Below, in pieces: positions 11,187 through 21,352 of a stretch of 64,000 bases of DNA; position 1 is the first letter of the stretch; the number at the start of each line of letters is the position of its first letter. Below the pieces are notes generated by a model. It worked only from the letters and a program-made list of their open reading frames with translations. It did no database searches and had not been told where the DNA came from. The DNA comes from a phage: the NCBI GenBank assembly GCA_018027755.1, contig GCA_018027755.1_4098.1; one strand, written 5' to 3'. The position numbers and the translations under genes are program-made.

Positions 11187-11609
11187 ATGTTCACACTAAG
11201 TAATGCAAAATATCTTTTTCTTATTAGTATTATTGGTTGGGTTATGGCTCCAGTGCTAAATGCACTGGGGTTTTCCGATGAACATAAACTTTTAAATGTT
11301 TCAGGTTTAATTCAGGGTATTTCATGGTATACATTAATTACATTTTCAGTGTGCATCAATACATTTGCCCGTGAACATCGACGTTTGTTATATCTGAAAG
11401 TATTTGGAACTACCCGATATAGTTTTGTTTACACTTTCATTTTAGTACCGTGTATGTTATATGCATTTGTATTTGATTACTATACATATCTATGGGTATG
11501 TGGAACTATGTTTGTTATGTTGGAATACATCAGAACTGTTCAAAACTCATATGCCGATGAATTTCATGATCTAGAAGTTAAACGAAAATTAACGGAGCTA
11601 AACAAATGA
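11187..11609 (+). CDS. multi-pass membrane protein
   Basis: Several hydrophobic segments. Confidence 0.5.
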   Translation: MFTLSNAKYLFLISIIGWVMAPVLNALGFSDEHKLLNVSGLIQGISWYTLITFSVCINTFAREHRRLLYLKVFGTTRYSFVYTFILVPCMLYAFVFDYYTYLWVCGTMFVMLEYIRTVQNSYADEFHDLEVKRKLTELNK

Positions 11610-12031
11610 GAGGTTATAATAAGATTTGTATTTTTGTATTTTTAGTTTGTGCATTCAATTCGTTTGGTTACTACTGTACAGAAAATAATATTTCATATGG
11701 TTTAAATCCTTTGTGGTTTACAATTTCTAATGTAGCACAAATTGGTATTGCTCTTATGTCTGCACTTATGTTCTGTCCAATTGTCACTATGGATACTGAT
11801 CATGAAAGGCTTGGATTTCTCCGTGATACTGGAGACGAACCTTACAGTAGATTGATTGTGTTGTATCCATTTATTGTTATTTTAGGTACTAACATCCAAC
11901 TTGGGTCATTATCTAATAGTGTTACATCAGCAGCTATTGCTATATTTGCATTCACATTTTTTATGGTACACAAATCAGTACTTAATTGGTATATCACAAA
12001 AATGGCAGAAGAAGGTACTAAAAATACTTGA
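11606..12031 (+). CDS. multi-pass membrane protein
   Basis: Several hydrophobic segments; overlapping junction. Confidence 0.5.
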   Translation: MRGYNKICIFVFLVCAFNSFGYYCTENNISYGLNPLWFTISNVAQIGIALMSALMFCPIVTMDTDHERLGFLRDTGDEPYSRLIVLYPFIVILGTNIQLGSLSNSVTSAAIAIFAFTFFMVHKSVLNWYITKMAEEGTKNT

Positions 12032-12056
12032 CATAATTTAGTATGTTATATATAAT
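12028..12056 (+). promoter_or_regulatory. sigma70-type promoter
   Basis: ttgacataatttagtatgttatatataat. Confidence 0.5.
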
Positions 12057-12090
12057 TATTTTGTTAAAAACAAATTAGAGTAAGGAACTT

Positions 12091-12342
12091 ATGAACATCG
12101 ATAAGGTCAAAGAACTTAGTGCTGCACTAATTAAGAATGAAGAAGTTTGTGAAGAACTTCGCAGTACTATCAAAGTTGAGTACGCACGACTCCAAGGTAT
12201 GCTTCAAGAATCAGAATGGGTAGTAACTAAATCTATCGAAGCAATCTATAAGGATATTGAATCCCTTTTCAACAAGAAAAGTAAGATTGAATCTGATTCA
12301 TATAACAAACGTAAAGAGTTATCTACTGCACTTGGTATCTAA
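12091..12342 (+). CDS. hypothetical protein
   Basis: ORF in track; SD AAGGAA upstream. Confidence 0.55.
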   Translation: MNIDKVKELSAALIKNEEVCEELRSTIKVEYARLQGMLQESEWVVTKSIEAIYKDIESLFNKKSKIESDSYNKRKELSTALGI

Positions 12343-12349
12343 AAGTATT

Positions 12350-12378
12350 TGACATAACAAATAATATGGAGTACAATG
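12350..12378 (+). promoter_or_regulatory. sigma70-type promoter
   Basis: ttgacataacaaataatatggagtacaat. Confidence 0.45.
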
Positions 12379-12416
12379 TGCTCCTAATTTAATTATCAGC
12401 TAAAAAGGAAAACATT

Positions 12417-12677
12417 ATGAAATCTATTCTCGTTGCAGTTAACCTGGTTGCTTCCCCATCTTTCAACTTCAAACAAGTTGTTGCTGATAATCTGAAGAAG
12501 ATCTGTCCAAACGCTGAATTAACTTTCTGTGTGTTTGATTCAGAAAAAGTAACTAAAGTTGATCTAAACTATCTTTTGAACGAAGTAAAAAGCGTTTCTG
12601 GTGAAAGTAACTTAAAAGTTCTTCATGATATTGCTGATGATTATGATGATACACTTGTAATTTCGGAGAAATTCTAA
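12417..12677 (+). CDS. hypothetical protein
   Basis: ORF in track; SD AAAGGAAAA upstream. Confidence 0.55.
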   Translation: MKSILVAVNLVASPSFNFKQVVADNLKKICPNAELTFCVFDSEKVTKVDLNYLLNEVKSVSGESNLKVLHDIADDYDDTLVISEKF

Positions 12678-12682
12678 ATAAA

Positions 12683-13102
12683 ATGTTTAGATTTCTTCAG
12701 TACTTAATCATTAAGTTCTTTGGTTATCATACGATTGAAGGAAAAGCTACACTTGCACATAAAATCTTTGTAGCATTATGTACGGGTGATTATGACGTAT
12801 TGAATAAGTACTGTAAATCGCAAGCATGTATTGATATAATGGCACTTCGTATCTATGAGTGCCAGTTCAATAGATATAATTTTTACCAGTACAGATTTGA
12901 TAAAGAAGAATTTGATAGCATCAAAATGCTAAAGAATTTATGTAACAATAAAAAGAATATGCATATATCAGAATTTGTTGCTTTGTATTTTTATTTAAAA
13001 AGTTCATTGTATATGAACACGATGCAAAGATTCGATACTAGAATTAATGTATTCACCGATAAAGAATTTTATATATACGATAAATTCTTAGATAAGGTTT
13101 AA
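12683..13102 (+). CDS. hypothetical protein
   Basis: ORF in track. Confidence 0.5.
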   Translation: MFRFLQYLIIKFFGYHTIEGKATLAHKIFVALCTGDYDVLNKYCKSQACIDIMALRIYECQFNRYNFYQYRFDKEEFDSIKMLKNLCNNKKNMHISEFVALYFYLKSSLYMNTMQRFDTRINVFTDKEFYIYDKFLDKV

Positions 13103-13103
13103 T

Positions 13104-13601
13104 ATGACAACTGTTTATATTGATAAACGATTAAATTTATTGATTACCGATTCTAGAGTTACGTCAACTATACCACGAAACTTATTTGGTTTTTTTCCAC
13201 TAAGACCAAAATATCAATATGGAGTTGTTAATCAAAAAACTTTATATGTACATGACCGTTTATTCAGTGCTAGTGGGGCAGTAAGTGAAATTGATAAAGT
13301 ACTGGATTGGTTAATTAATAAAGTACCAGTTATACCTGACAGAAAGTTAAGTTGCCATTGTGTGCTTCTTTCTAAAGATTATGTTATTCATATGATTTTA
13401 ACTAAAGGAAAGTTTATTAAAAAACTTGAATATCTACATGAAGACTACACTTTCTTTATGGGAAGTGGTGGAGAATACATGGTAGATGCTGCTATTCATG
13501 AAGAACATACAACTTTATATGATAAAGTGTTTAGTACTTTCATGGATGTGCATAACCATGATTGCTTCACAGATGATAATATTAATGTATATCGATTTTG
13601 A
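13104..13601 (+). CDS. hypothetical protein
   Basis: ORF in track. Confidence 0.5.
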   Translation: MTTVYIDKRLNLLITDSRVTSTIPRNLFGFFPLRPKYQYGVVNQKTLYVHDRLFSASGAVSEIDKVLDWLINKVPVIPDRKLSCHCVLLSKDYVIHMILTKGKFIKKLEYLHEDYTFFMGSGGEYMVDAAIHEEHTTLYDKVFSTFMDVHNHDCFTDDNINVYRF

Positions 13602-13622
13602 TTTCGTCATTAGGAGATGTAA

Positions 13623-14588
13623 GTGAAAAAGCTTGATTTAAATACAATTGCCGAAGAAGTTCTGGATGAATGTTTTGCTAATGAAGAAGTCAACACACTA
13701 GAAGCCTTAGATTTCGTTGAAGATAAAGATGAAAATGAAGGTAAAGTACAAAGCAGTTTCAAATATAATATTACACTTAAGCGACCACCAAATGTTTCCA
13801 ATGAAGATCTAATTCGTGATATTCAAGCTGGTATCAATGTAAAGAAAAACACTGAACTGTTAGTTCGTTACAATTATGGACTTATTATTGATGTAGCAAG
13901 TAAATGTACTTGTTATATCCCATTTGAAGATAAGATTTCATATGGTGTTGAGGGGTTCATGAGAGCACTAAAAACCTTTGATCTTAATAAGAATGTTAAG
14001 TTCATTACCTATGCTTCTTCTAGTATTTACATGACAGTCTATAACGAAAGTTCTGACGCTAACTATATGGTACACTTCCCACGTTATATGAGTGTTCATA
14101 AGATCAAAGTAAAAAGATTCTGCCAGGAATATATGCGTAAACATGGTGTTCGCCCAACTCCTGAAATAATCTCAGAGGGTACTGGGATTGAGATTCAGCA
14201 TGTTAATAATTGTTTGTTATTTCAAAGCGAATACACTTCGCTGGATGCACCATTAGACGGTGTTACAGATGGTACATTAGGTGACATTATTCATTCACCT
14301 GCTTCTGATTTTAACCTCAATGTTGATAGTATTCGTGCACCTTTACGTTATGCTATCAATGAACTGACTAACGAATTGAGTACTAAAGAACGTGAGATTA
14401 TCCAGCGTGTTCATGGTCTAGGTGAATATGAACCTGAAACGCTTCGTGAGATTGCTGATAATGGTTTTGTTGATGATAATGGAAAATATGTTAAATCCCG
14501 TTCATCAATACACCGAAAGTACAGTGAAGCTATGCAAAAGCTTAAGAAGCTAGTACTTGCAAAAGGGTACGAATACGAAGATTTCTAA
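13623..14588 (+). CDS. sigma-70 family RNA polymerase sigma factor
   Basis: GTG start after AGGAG; region-2-like segment (GVEGFMRALKTFDLNKNVKFITYASSSIYMTV) and region-4-like HTH (STKEREIIQRVHGL...TLREIA...RSSIHRKYSEAMQKLKK). Confidence 0.8.
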   Translation: MKKLDLNTIAEEVLDECFANEEVNTLEALDFVEDKDENEGKVQSSFKYNITLKRPPNVSNEDLIRDIQAGINVKKNTELLVRYNYGLIIDVASKCTCYIPFEDKISYGVEGFMRALKTFDLNKNVKFITYASSSIYMTVYNESSDANYMVHFPRYMSVHKIKVKRFCQEYMRKHGVRPTPEIISEGTGIEIQHVNNCLLFQSEYTSLDAPLDGVTDGTLGDIIHSPASDFNLNVDSIRAPLRYAINELTNELSTKEREIIQRVHGLGEYEPETLREIADNGFVDDNGKYVKSRSSIHRKYSEAMQKLKKLVLAKGYEYEDF

Positions 14589-14596
14589 AGAAAAAA

Positions 14597-14615
14597 GGTT
14601 GGCTTATGCCAACCT
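14597..14615 (+). terminator. intrinsic terminator
   Basis: ggttggcttatgccaacc followed by T7. Confidence 0.65.
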
Positions 14616-14619
14616 TTTT

Positions 14620-15140
14620 TTATGGGATGAAGTAAAAGTTTGTGATATAATTATCTTGTACAATTCTGTTGGCATGATATTCATGTACCTGATCCACTCG
14701 AAAACGTAGAGGGCAGTTGAGCAGTCCGACAGTGCGAACAGCAAAAGAAACCCGTTAGATGTGGGCATAGTTTGAACCCCTCACGGCAATGCGGCTGTAT
14801 AAAGAACCACGTTAGGATAGCTGGTGGTTCCTTGATAGACATATAAGGATAACACCTTACGAATTATCTAAGGGAGAGTTATCGAATTTTGTACAGGAAA
14901 GTTGCGTCCAAAATTTGAGTACTCACATTAAGTATTTGATTGCATAGATACTTAATGAAGATACACTATGTTTAAAAGTGTAGACCGTCATATGAAACTG
15001 AAGTAGAGAGAAACAGGATGACCCGCTTTCGCACTCGTTATGAGTAATCTTCAATGCAATAGCTCTGATACCATCAGCGTCAAATTTCCCTCCTTGGGGG
15101 GGGAAGAAAAATCCCTTCCTCAAATCCCGTCAATATTAAA
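14620..15140. other. ~0.5-kb non-coding stretch, GC-richer than its surroundings
   Basis: No credible ORF on either strand; sits between a terminator and a promoter (TTGACA 15153, TAGAAT 15176); contains hairpin-capable segments such as ccctccttggggggggaag. Confidence 0.4.
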
Positions 15141-15238
15141 AGTCCTTGACAGTTATTAATCATTCGCGTAGAATACGTAGTATTAGAAGCGAACAGACAT
15201 CTCGAAGAGATGGATGATTAACCATTAAGGAATATCAA

Positions 15239-15448
15239 ATGAATTCAGTAATCTTTTTAGTAGTCGCTTTCTCTGTTAATTCCGGTGTACAAATAACCCC
15301 AATGAATTCCATGAATCAATGCATAGCAGTACGTGATAGTACATACGAACAAGTAAACAAAGATATTTGGATTACAGTTAGTAAAGAACAAATGTGGTGT
15401 TACAATAGTAATACTAACACAAAGCTTATTGTAGGACAAACTCAATGA
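15239..15448 (+). CDS. secreted or membrane hypothetical protein
   Basis: N-terminal hydrophobic segment; SD AAGGAA upstream. Confidence 0.5.
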   Translation: MNSVIFLVVAFSVNSGVQITPMNSMNQCIAVRDSTYEQVNKDIWITVSKEQMWCYNSNTNTKLIVGQTQ

Positions 15449-15675
15449 GTTATGGCGTTCGTTTTGAGATTCGTTCTATTGTCATCAATGCAGAGAAACA
15501 AGTATCGTTGGATGGTGATATACGTGAAATTTATCTATCATGTATCCGTGCGAAATCTGAAGCAGATGCCTTAGTACAAATGTATAGTTTTAACTTTTCA
15601 AATGGATTCTATTTGGTACGAGTTATTGAAGTGAAAAAAGTACTTATTGGTTGTAGCATAGAAGGATTAATGTAA
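15445..15675 (+). CDS. hypothetical protein
   Basis: ORF in track. Confidence 0.5.
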   Translation: MSYGVRFEIRSIVINAEKQVSLDGDIREIYLSCIRAKSEADALVQMYSFNFSNGFYLVRVIEVKKVLIGCSIEGLM

Positions 15676-15676
15676 A

Positions 15677-16465
15677 ATGAGCACTATAGATGAACTGATT
15701 CGACGGAATTCAAAATATTACCAACCATCAGAAATTGTAGGTAACATTACCAAATCAGAGTTTGGTCCAAATACTCGAAAACTCATTCATGTAATGTCAC
15801 GTGATGGCTTTAAATGTGATTGTTGCGGTGAATCTAATGTAGTATTCACTTTACACAAGCACAGTACTAAAGATCGTTATAAATTCAGACCTTATGTACT
15901 TAAAGGGAAACGCCTTGTACGCATGACGTTAGACCATAATGTACTGGACTGTCTTCAGGGCGGTAATGATAAAGAGAACATGACTGCACTGTGTGAAGAT
16001 TGTAACGCATTACGCCAGCATAAGTTTGCTGAATACAGTGAGTTTAAACACTGGTATCATAACGCGGATCGTTCAATCGAGCCTGACGTTAACTACTGCT
16101 TCATTGAGTACATTAAGAATGCCAAAGATACATACATTCTTAAATCAATGTCACCTATTACCGTGTTTCCTGAGAACCTATTCACTACATTAAAGAATAG
16201 TTTTATTGTAGGTGATATTGATGCATTCAAGTATTTTGACAAAGGTGCAAAACATTTTGAAATTCAATGTCTTAGTACTGCACTATGTGAACTCATTAAA
16301 ATTTACATAAAAGAGTATTTGGGTATTGACAATGTACGTGTACCAGAGTATACTTTTTCTATTGAATTCGATTGTGAATCAATCAAAGAGTTTGGAATTC
16401 TTTTCAATAAACAAATAGAACTTGCAATTCAAAACGAAATCAAGTACTATACTACTAACATTTAA
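15677..16465 (+). CDS. HNH endonuclease
   Basis: CDCCGE...LDHNVLDCLQGGND.EN..ALCEDCN motif. Confidence 0.7.
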   Translation: MSTIDELIRRNSKYYQPSEIVGNITKSEFGPNTRKLIHVMSRDGFKCDCCGESNVVFTLHKHSTKDRYKFRPYVLKGKRLVRMTLDHNVLDCLQGGNDKENMTALCEDCNALRQHKFAEYSEFKHWYHNADRSIEPDVNYCFIEYIKNAKDTYILKSMSPITVFPENLFTTLKNSFIVGDIDAFKYFDKGAKHFEIQCLSTALCELIKIYIKEYLGIDNVRVPEYTFSIEFDCESIKEFGILFNKQIELAIQNEIKYYTTNI

Positions 16466-16480
16466 TCAGAGGAAATTATC

Positions 16481-16663
16481 ATGCAAATTATCATTCTTAT
16501 CGTTGGCATCATGCTGGGTGTTTACGGTCACTCCTGGATGAACGAGAAGTTTCCTAATACGCGTCCTGAGTATTGCAGTACTAATGTATTCCAGAATGGT
16601 GAGAAACCAAAGGAAAGTATTGGTAAAAAGCTGGACAAAGTACTTGATGTGATCAATGAATAA
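16481..16663 (+). CDS. small membrane protein
   Basis: N-terminal TM MQIIILIVGIMLGV. Confidence 0.5.
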   Translation: MQIIILIVGIMLGVYGHSWMNEKFPNTRPEYCSTNVFQNGEKPKESIGKKLDKVLDVINE

Positions 16664-16673
16664 GGGAAATAAA

Positions 16674-16874
16674 ATGTTTAAACCGAATTCCAATGTTGGT
16701 AAGAAAGTTCAATTACTTGAGGATGTATCCACTCTGAGTGGGATTTTCCCAAGAGGTCACATCATGACTATTATTGCCGAAACATCCCGTGGCTGGGACT
16801 TGGAAGATGCTGATGGTAATCGCATCCTTGAAGCTGGCTTCTATGGTCATCGTGAATATAAAATCATTGATTAA
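16674..16874 (+). CDS. hypothetical protein
   Basis: Track ORF 16656..16874; start moved to ATG after GGGAAATAAA. Confidence 0.5.
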   Translation: MFKPNSNVGKKVQLLEDVSTLSGIFPRGHIMTIIAETSRGWDLEDADGNRILEAGFYGHREYKIID

Positions 16875-16875
16875 G

Positions 16876-16965
16876 GATGTAACATGACTTTAGAGATTGT
16901 CTTTGGTATTGTTAGCTTAGTCGTCTGTGTGGGTTGGTTTGGGTATCTGATGATTTTTGGTGATT
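16876..16965 (+). CDS. small hydrophobic peptide (29 aa)
   Basis: Short ORF MTLEIVFGIVSLVVCVGWFGYLMIFGD after AAGGATG; below the track size cutoff. Confidence 0.3.
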
Positions 16966-16970
16966 AATAC

Positions 16971-16999
16971 TTGACATAAGATATCAGTACTGTATAATG
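16971..16999 (+). promoter_or_regulatory. sigma70-type promoter with AGTACTG spacer motif
   Basis: ttgacataagatatcagtactgtataat. Confidence 0.6.
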
Positions 17000-17042
17000 T
17001 TTATATCAAACGAAATCCACTTTAACAAATGATAGGAAATAT

Positions 17043-17322
17043 TATGTCTTTTTCTAAAGAAGAACGTGACCTTATTAAAAAAGCAATTTGGTTTTATGCT
17101 AATGAAGGGAAGTGCGATGAAGAAAAAGCACGTGAACTGTGTAATATTCTTGAGAAGAAACAAGAACTGAAAGTGTATCGTATCCGTGATTTGGATGAAG
17201 GGGATCGTATTGTCCTAGCTGAAACAAAAGAAGAAGCAGAACAAATCTTCACTGATAAAAACGAAAATCCACATTGGATGGAAGAAGTCTGTGATGTTAA
17301 AAAAGGTACTTATATCGATTGA
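17043..17322 (+). CDS. hypothetical protein
   Basis: Start at ATG after GATAGGAAAT. Confidence 0.5.
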
Positions 17323-17441
17323 CAGTACTGAATAATAGCAGTATTATGTTTTATATAAAAGGGAATGCAGTGAAAGGAAAGACAGCATAATCGTACTCGT
17401 CACTGCGTTCCCGCCCTTTTAAATTAAATGAGGAATTAACT

Positions 17442-17750
17442 ATGTTTCAAACTAACACTCAAGGTTTTGTAATCATCGATTTGAATCAAAACAGCGGTTA
17501 TTGGATGAAACCTACTGACGCATGTATGCAGTTTGATTTTTTAGGTTACAGGATTAGTGTAAGTACTGGTGCTTCTGTACTGAGAGGTGGTTGTATCGTT
17601 GAACATCTGGTAACTGATCCAGAAGGTCGTGAGTATGAAATCGCAGGTTCAGTACAAGATGCCATTATGTTTGTATGTCAGCGTGAAATGAATGGTTCGA
17701 ATTCAAATGCACTGACTCATGCTCTTTCTCAAGAAGTGGAGGTTCGTTAA
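17442..17750 (+). CDS. hypothetical protein
   Basis: SD GAGGAA upstream. Confidence 0.55.
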   Translation: MFQTNTQGFVIIDLNQNSGYWMKPTDACMQFDFLGYRISVSTGASVLRGGCIVEHLVTDPEGREYEIAGSVQDAIMFVCQREMNGSNSNALTHALSQEVEVR

Positions 17751-17995
17751 TGAAATACATTGTAGCAGTACTCGTCGCATTTCTACTCACTGCATGTGAT
17801 GCTTCTACCAAAGAACGTACAAGTGATTTTGTTCTACCTGCTGAATTAAAAGAAGCAGGGTGTAAGATTTATCGTATGCAACAAGATGGTGCTGGTGCGA
17901 CTTTATACACTGTGTACTGTCCTAATGCAAATACAAGTACTGGATACACTAGCGGTAAAACACGAATCAACACTTCCGTAATTCATGGAGAATAA
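17750..17995 (+). CDS. putative lipoprotein
   Basis: Signal peptide with lipobox LTAC. Confidence 0.55.
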   Translation: MKYIVAVLVAFLLTACDASTKERTSDFVLPAELKEAGCKIYRMQQDGAGATLYTVYCPNANTSTGYTSGKTRINTSVIHGE

Positions 17996-17997
17996 CA

Positions 17998-18366
17998 ATG
18001 AGCCTTGATACAACACGTGCAGCAGATTTATTAACTCGTCTGAATGATGAAGAATATCTTGCTGAGATAAAGTACAAGCTTGACAAACTTGTTCGAAGTG
18101 CTGAAGTAATTGAAGTTGAAGGTCACTTACCGATGGATCAATACCATAGGTTCAAGGAAGATATGGTTTATTATCCTAATGAAATTTGGATTGAGTGGCA
18201 ACATTGGACTAACAAAACTCTTCGCATTGAAGGGTATTGTGTGAAGTATGAAAGTTCACCTGGTGATGTTACAAAAACTCTATCAATTTGGTGTACAAAA
18301 ACACATGAACTCGTTGAGGTGAATTTGAATTATATGAATGGCTTCCGTTGGGGTGATGTTCAATGA
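17998..18366 (+). CDS. hypothetical protein
   Basis: SD GGAGAA upstream. Confidence 0.55.
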   Translation: MSLDTTRAADLLTRLNDEEYLAEIKYKLDKLVRSAEVIEVEGHLPMDQYHRFKEDMVYYPNEIWIEWQHWTNKTLRIEGYCVKYESSPGDVTKTLSIWCTKTHELVEVNLNYMNGFRWGDVQ

Positions 18367-18638
18367 TTAAAAAACTATTGACAGTTGTCTTTGTATTCTG
18401 TACAATGTTTCTTACAGCATGTAATGATGACGGCAGGTTTAGTGCAAAAGACTTAGTTCGTCAGGATTGTACATTCACAGGTAAGTCTTTTATTAACGAG
18501 TATGAGGTATGTACACAATCAGGTCGTATCTGTGGTGGTTGGGAAAAACGACAGGAGCGATTGTATGTATATGAATGCCCTGGACATCACAACAAAGTAC
18601 TAAGCACACACAAACTTGTTTATGATAAGGTTGAATAA
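18363..18638 (+). CDS. putative lipoprotein
   Basis: Signal peptide with lipobox LTAC. Confidence 0.55.
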   Translation: MIKKLLTVVFVFCTMFLTACNDDGRFSAKDLVRQDCTFTGKSFINEYEVCTQSGRICGGWEKRQERLYVYECPGHHNKVLSTHKLVYDKVE

Positions 18639-18853
18639 TGACTACCAATGAAATGATGCAGGTTATTTGGGATAAAGGTTGTGATATTAAAATCACTAGT
18701 ACTGATGTTCGTGTATTCAAAACTGAATATATGGAGTACTTGGACCTTGATACTTATAATAATATTGTATCAATTGAACACAAAGGTGCAGTACTGGAAA
18801 CGATTGATGTAGTACTCAAGAAAGCTACCGACCTATTAGGAGTGGCAGTGTGA
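18638..18853 (+). CDS. hypothetical protein
   Basis: ORF in track. Confidence 0.5.
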   Translation: MTTNEMMQVIWDKGCDIKITSTDVRVFKTEYMEYLDLDTYNNIVSIEHKGAVLETIDVVLKKATDLLGVAV

Positions 18854-18999
18854 ATAACAAAGAGTGGGAAGATTACCGCAAGAAGTGCCGAGAGTTTGAT
18901 AAAGAACTCACAGGTGCAGTGAACGGGGTAATGTGGGTATCTGCAATTATTGCAGTACTTGGTTTGGGTGCTATTATTATTAATAAATTATTGTAAGGA
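18850..18999 (+). CDS. small C-terminally anchored membrane protein (~49 aa)
   Basis: GTG-initiated short ORF after AGGAG, C-terminal TM; not in track. Confidence 0.3.
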
Positions 19000-19004
19000 C
19001 TAAT

Positions 19005-19205
19005 ATGTTTACTTTATATCTTGCAGTAGTACTAACTAATGGTGAAATCACTCGCACCGTTGGTGAAGGTGTATATAAAACACCTGATCAGTGTTACTCT
19101 GTAACTCATTGGCCTCGTGATGCTGGTGATGAATCTCGCACTGAATACAAATGTATGAAGGTTAAAGGTGACTTTGTAAATCTAAAGGTTATTGAGACTA
19201 AGTAA
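19005..19205 (+). CDS. hypothetical protein
   Basis: ORF in track. Confidence 0.5.
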   Translation: MFTLYLAVVLTNGEITRTVGEGVYKTPDQCYSVTHWPRDAGDESRTEYKCMKVKGDFVNLKVIETK

Positions 19206-19723
19206 TGGATATTAATGAGTTGTTGAAATTAGTGTTTAATCGTGAACGCCGCGATACAAGACCAATTGAATATCAAGATGTGATACGCATTGAAACTGAT
19301 TTCTGTTATGGTAAAACAACTCATGACCTTTTGAATCTCTCTGGAAAACGCTATGCTGATGTTTGTTTTTCAGAGAGAAGTGATGGTTCGGAAATAACGA
19401 GTACTGATATTGTTTGTTACGCACGCAGTGCTGATAAATCTTATGAAATAGAACTTATATATTCCCCTAGTTCTAAAACAAATCATCACCGCCATATTTT
19501 ATATGATGTTTACACACCACCTGGTATTGCTGAATATTTTGTTATTGATTATAGTACTGAAGAAAATGTGTTTCAACAAAGTTTGATTCATAACTTTGAG
19601 GTTAATGATCCATTAGTGCCAAAGTTATTCAAACTACTTGACACCATCGATGTTGATTTTGAATTTGTTATGTGTATTAGAACTTCTTTATTCAATGAAT
19701 TCATGGAACTTTTTAATATATGA
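19205..19723 (+). CDS. hypothetical protein
   Basis: ORF in track. Confidence 0.5.
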   Translation: MDINELLKLVFNRERRDTRPIEYQDVIRIETDFCYGKTTHDLLNLSGKRYADVCFSERSDGSEITSTDIVCYARSADKSYEIELIYSPSSKTNHHRHILYDVYTPPGIAEYFVIDYSTEENVFQQSLIHNFEVNDPLVPKLFKLLDTIDVDFEFVMCIRTSLFNEFMELFNI

Positions 19724-19941
19724 ATAGATACTATGTTGTGTATGAACACGTCTCTGAATTTAATAACATACGAGGTTATTCCAGAGTTGTCACAAAGATG
19801 GATGTATTCATTCGTGCTCTTAGTGAAGTGGATGCACTGTTTAAATTGTTTGATGAAATTACAAAGTATAACACACCCAAAACACACCGCTATGTGGAAA
19901 CTGTACATAGCATTATACTAACTGAAAGTGATGAGGAATGA
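19720..19941 (+). CDS. hypothetical protein
   Basis: ORF in track. Confidence 0.5.
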   Translation: MNRYYVVYEHVSEFNNIRGYSRVVTKMDVFIRALSEVDALFKLFDEITKYNTPKTHRYVETVHSIILTESDEE

Positions 19942-19944
19942 TAA

Positions 19945-20163
19945 ATGAATTTATATCTAGTTGAAGGTTTAGTACAAGTCTATAAACCAGAAGGTGAAGG
20001 TCAACGTTTTTCACACGTAGAAGAATTTAAGTACGTTGTACAGGCTGATGGTCAGTACGATGCGGAAATTCAAGTAGATGAATCATTCCGTAAGAAAAAT
20101 GAAATTGGTAAATTTCAATACCAGAACTTACAATATAAAGTATGGCCTAGTATAAATGACTAA
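19945..20163 (+). CDS. hypothetical protein
   Basis: ORF in track. Confidence 0.5.
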   Translation: MNLYLVEGLVQVYKPEGEGQRFSHVEEFKYVVQADGQYDAEIQVDESFRKKNEIGKFQYQNLQYKVWPSIND

Positions 20164-20371
20164 GATGTGGTGGTGTCATGGTGTATATAACGTGTATGTA
20201 AATGGTAGATATAAAATGTCTAGTACCTATGCAAGACGTGTTAATGCGAACAACCAAGTTGATGCTGCTTGTGAGATCATTGAGTGGTATGCTGAGTTCA
20301 ATGCACCTGACTATATGTACGAAATAGTTACAATAAATGTTGTACAAATCGATACATCTTTGATACAATAA
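20156..20371 (+). CDS. hypothetical protein
   Basis: ORF in track. Confidence 0.45.
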   Translation: MTKMWWCHGVYNVYVNGRYKMSSTYARRVNANNQVDAACEIIEWYAEFNAPDYMYEIVTINVVQIDTSLIQ

Positions 20372-20401
20372 CCACATCAAAAAATTGCATCTGAGGATAC
20401 T

Positions 20402-21062
20402 TATGTTAGTTAATCTTAATTTCATCACTTCACCTGACTGGGCATTACGTGGAGTTTCTTTAAACTTCAAGGAAACTATGTTTGACTACATTGGTGAGTG
20501 TACATTGGTAAATGCAACTTTTGATCCAAATCATCCGTTTTGGGCTGAAATTCATGATCCAAATGTAAACAATACATCTGTTATGACTATTGTCCAGACT
20601 AAACATGCAGGTATCCTTGCAGGTTATCGACCTGCACATGCAATTGAACATTTCACTGATTACGATGTCGTGGATGAATACCCAATGATCCATGAAGATG
20701 GAAGTCTATACACATCTGAAGACTTCCGTGCTATCTTTAATAGTACTGATGATATTCTACCAAGTGGACGTCCACGTCCTGAGTCTTATCTTATGCATCC
20801 ATCTTATGGTGTAGCAGATACGCTTGAACAGATTATGAAGAAGTACAAGAACCTAATTGAAGGTCCAGAAGAAATTGTCTTGTGCTATCACCCAGTACTT
20901 AAGTCTGAACAACCAAAGGATGGTGGATGGCGTTGGCATAAGAATGGTGAGTATATCGGTACTAAACGAAGTAAAGAACGTTTTGAGTACTTGTATGATG
21001 AGCCAGATGTTGATGTGGTTTTGTGTTATAATTTTATTAAGGTGAAAAAGAAATGTATCTAG
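20402..21062 (+). CDS. hypothetical protein
   Basis: Track ORF 20385..21062; start moved to ATG after GAGGATACTT. Confidence 0.5.
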
Positions 21063-21295
21063 TACTAAGTTTTGTTGTTGCACTATTGTTTATGTTTTAT
21101 CCTACACTAGTGGCATTAGCCACTAGACGAACGATGGTAGATCTCACTACTGTATTCTTGCTAAACGTGGCATTAGTACTGGTGTCTATTATCATTCCAG
21201 TGAGCTTTACAGTTATTGATATTATTTCGGTATTACTCTTCGTGTTAAGTTATCTTATGCTTATTGAAGAAACAAATGTTGACAAACGTTCGTAG
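21053..21295 (+). CDS. small membrane protein
   Basis: Hydrophobic throughout. Confidence 0.5.
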   Translation: MYLVLSFVVALLFMFYPTLVALATRRTMVDLTTVFLLNVALVLVSIIIPVSFTVIDIISVLLFVLSYLMLIEETNVDKRS

Positions 21296-21352
21296 TACTG
21301 TATAATGGTTCCTGTAGTCTGAAACTTAACACTTAAACTTGAGGTAAAAAAT

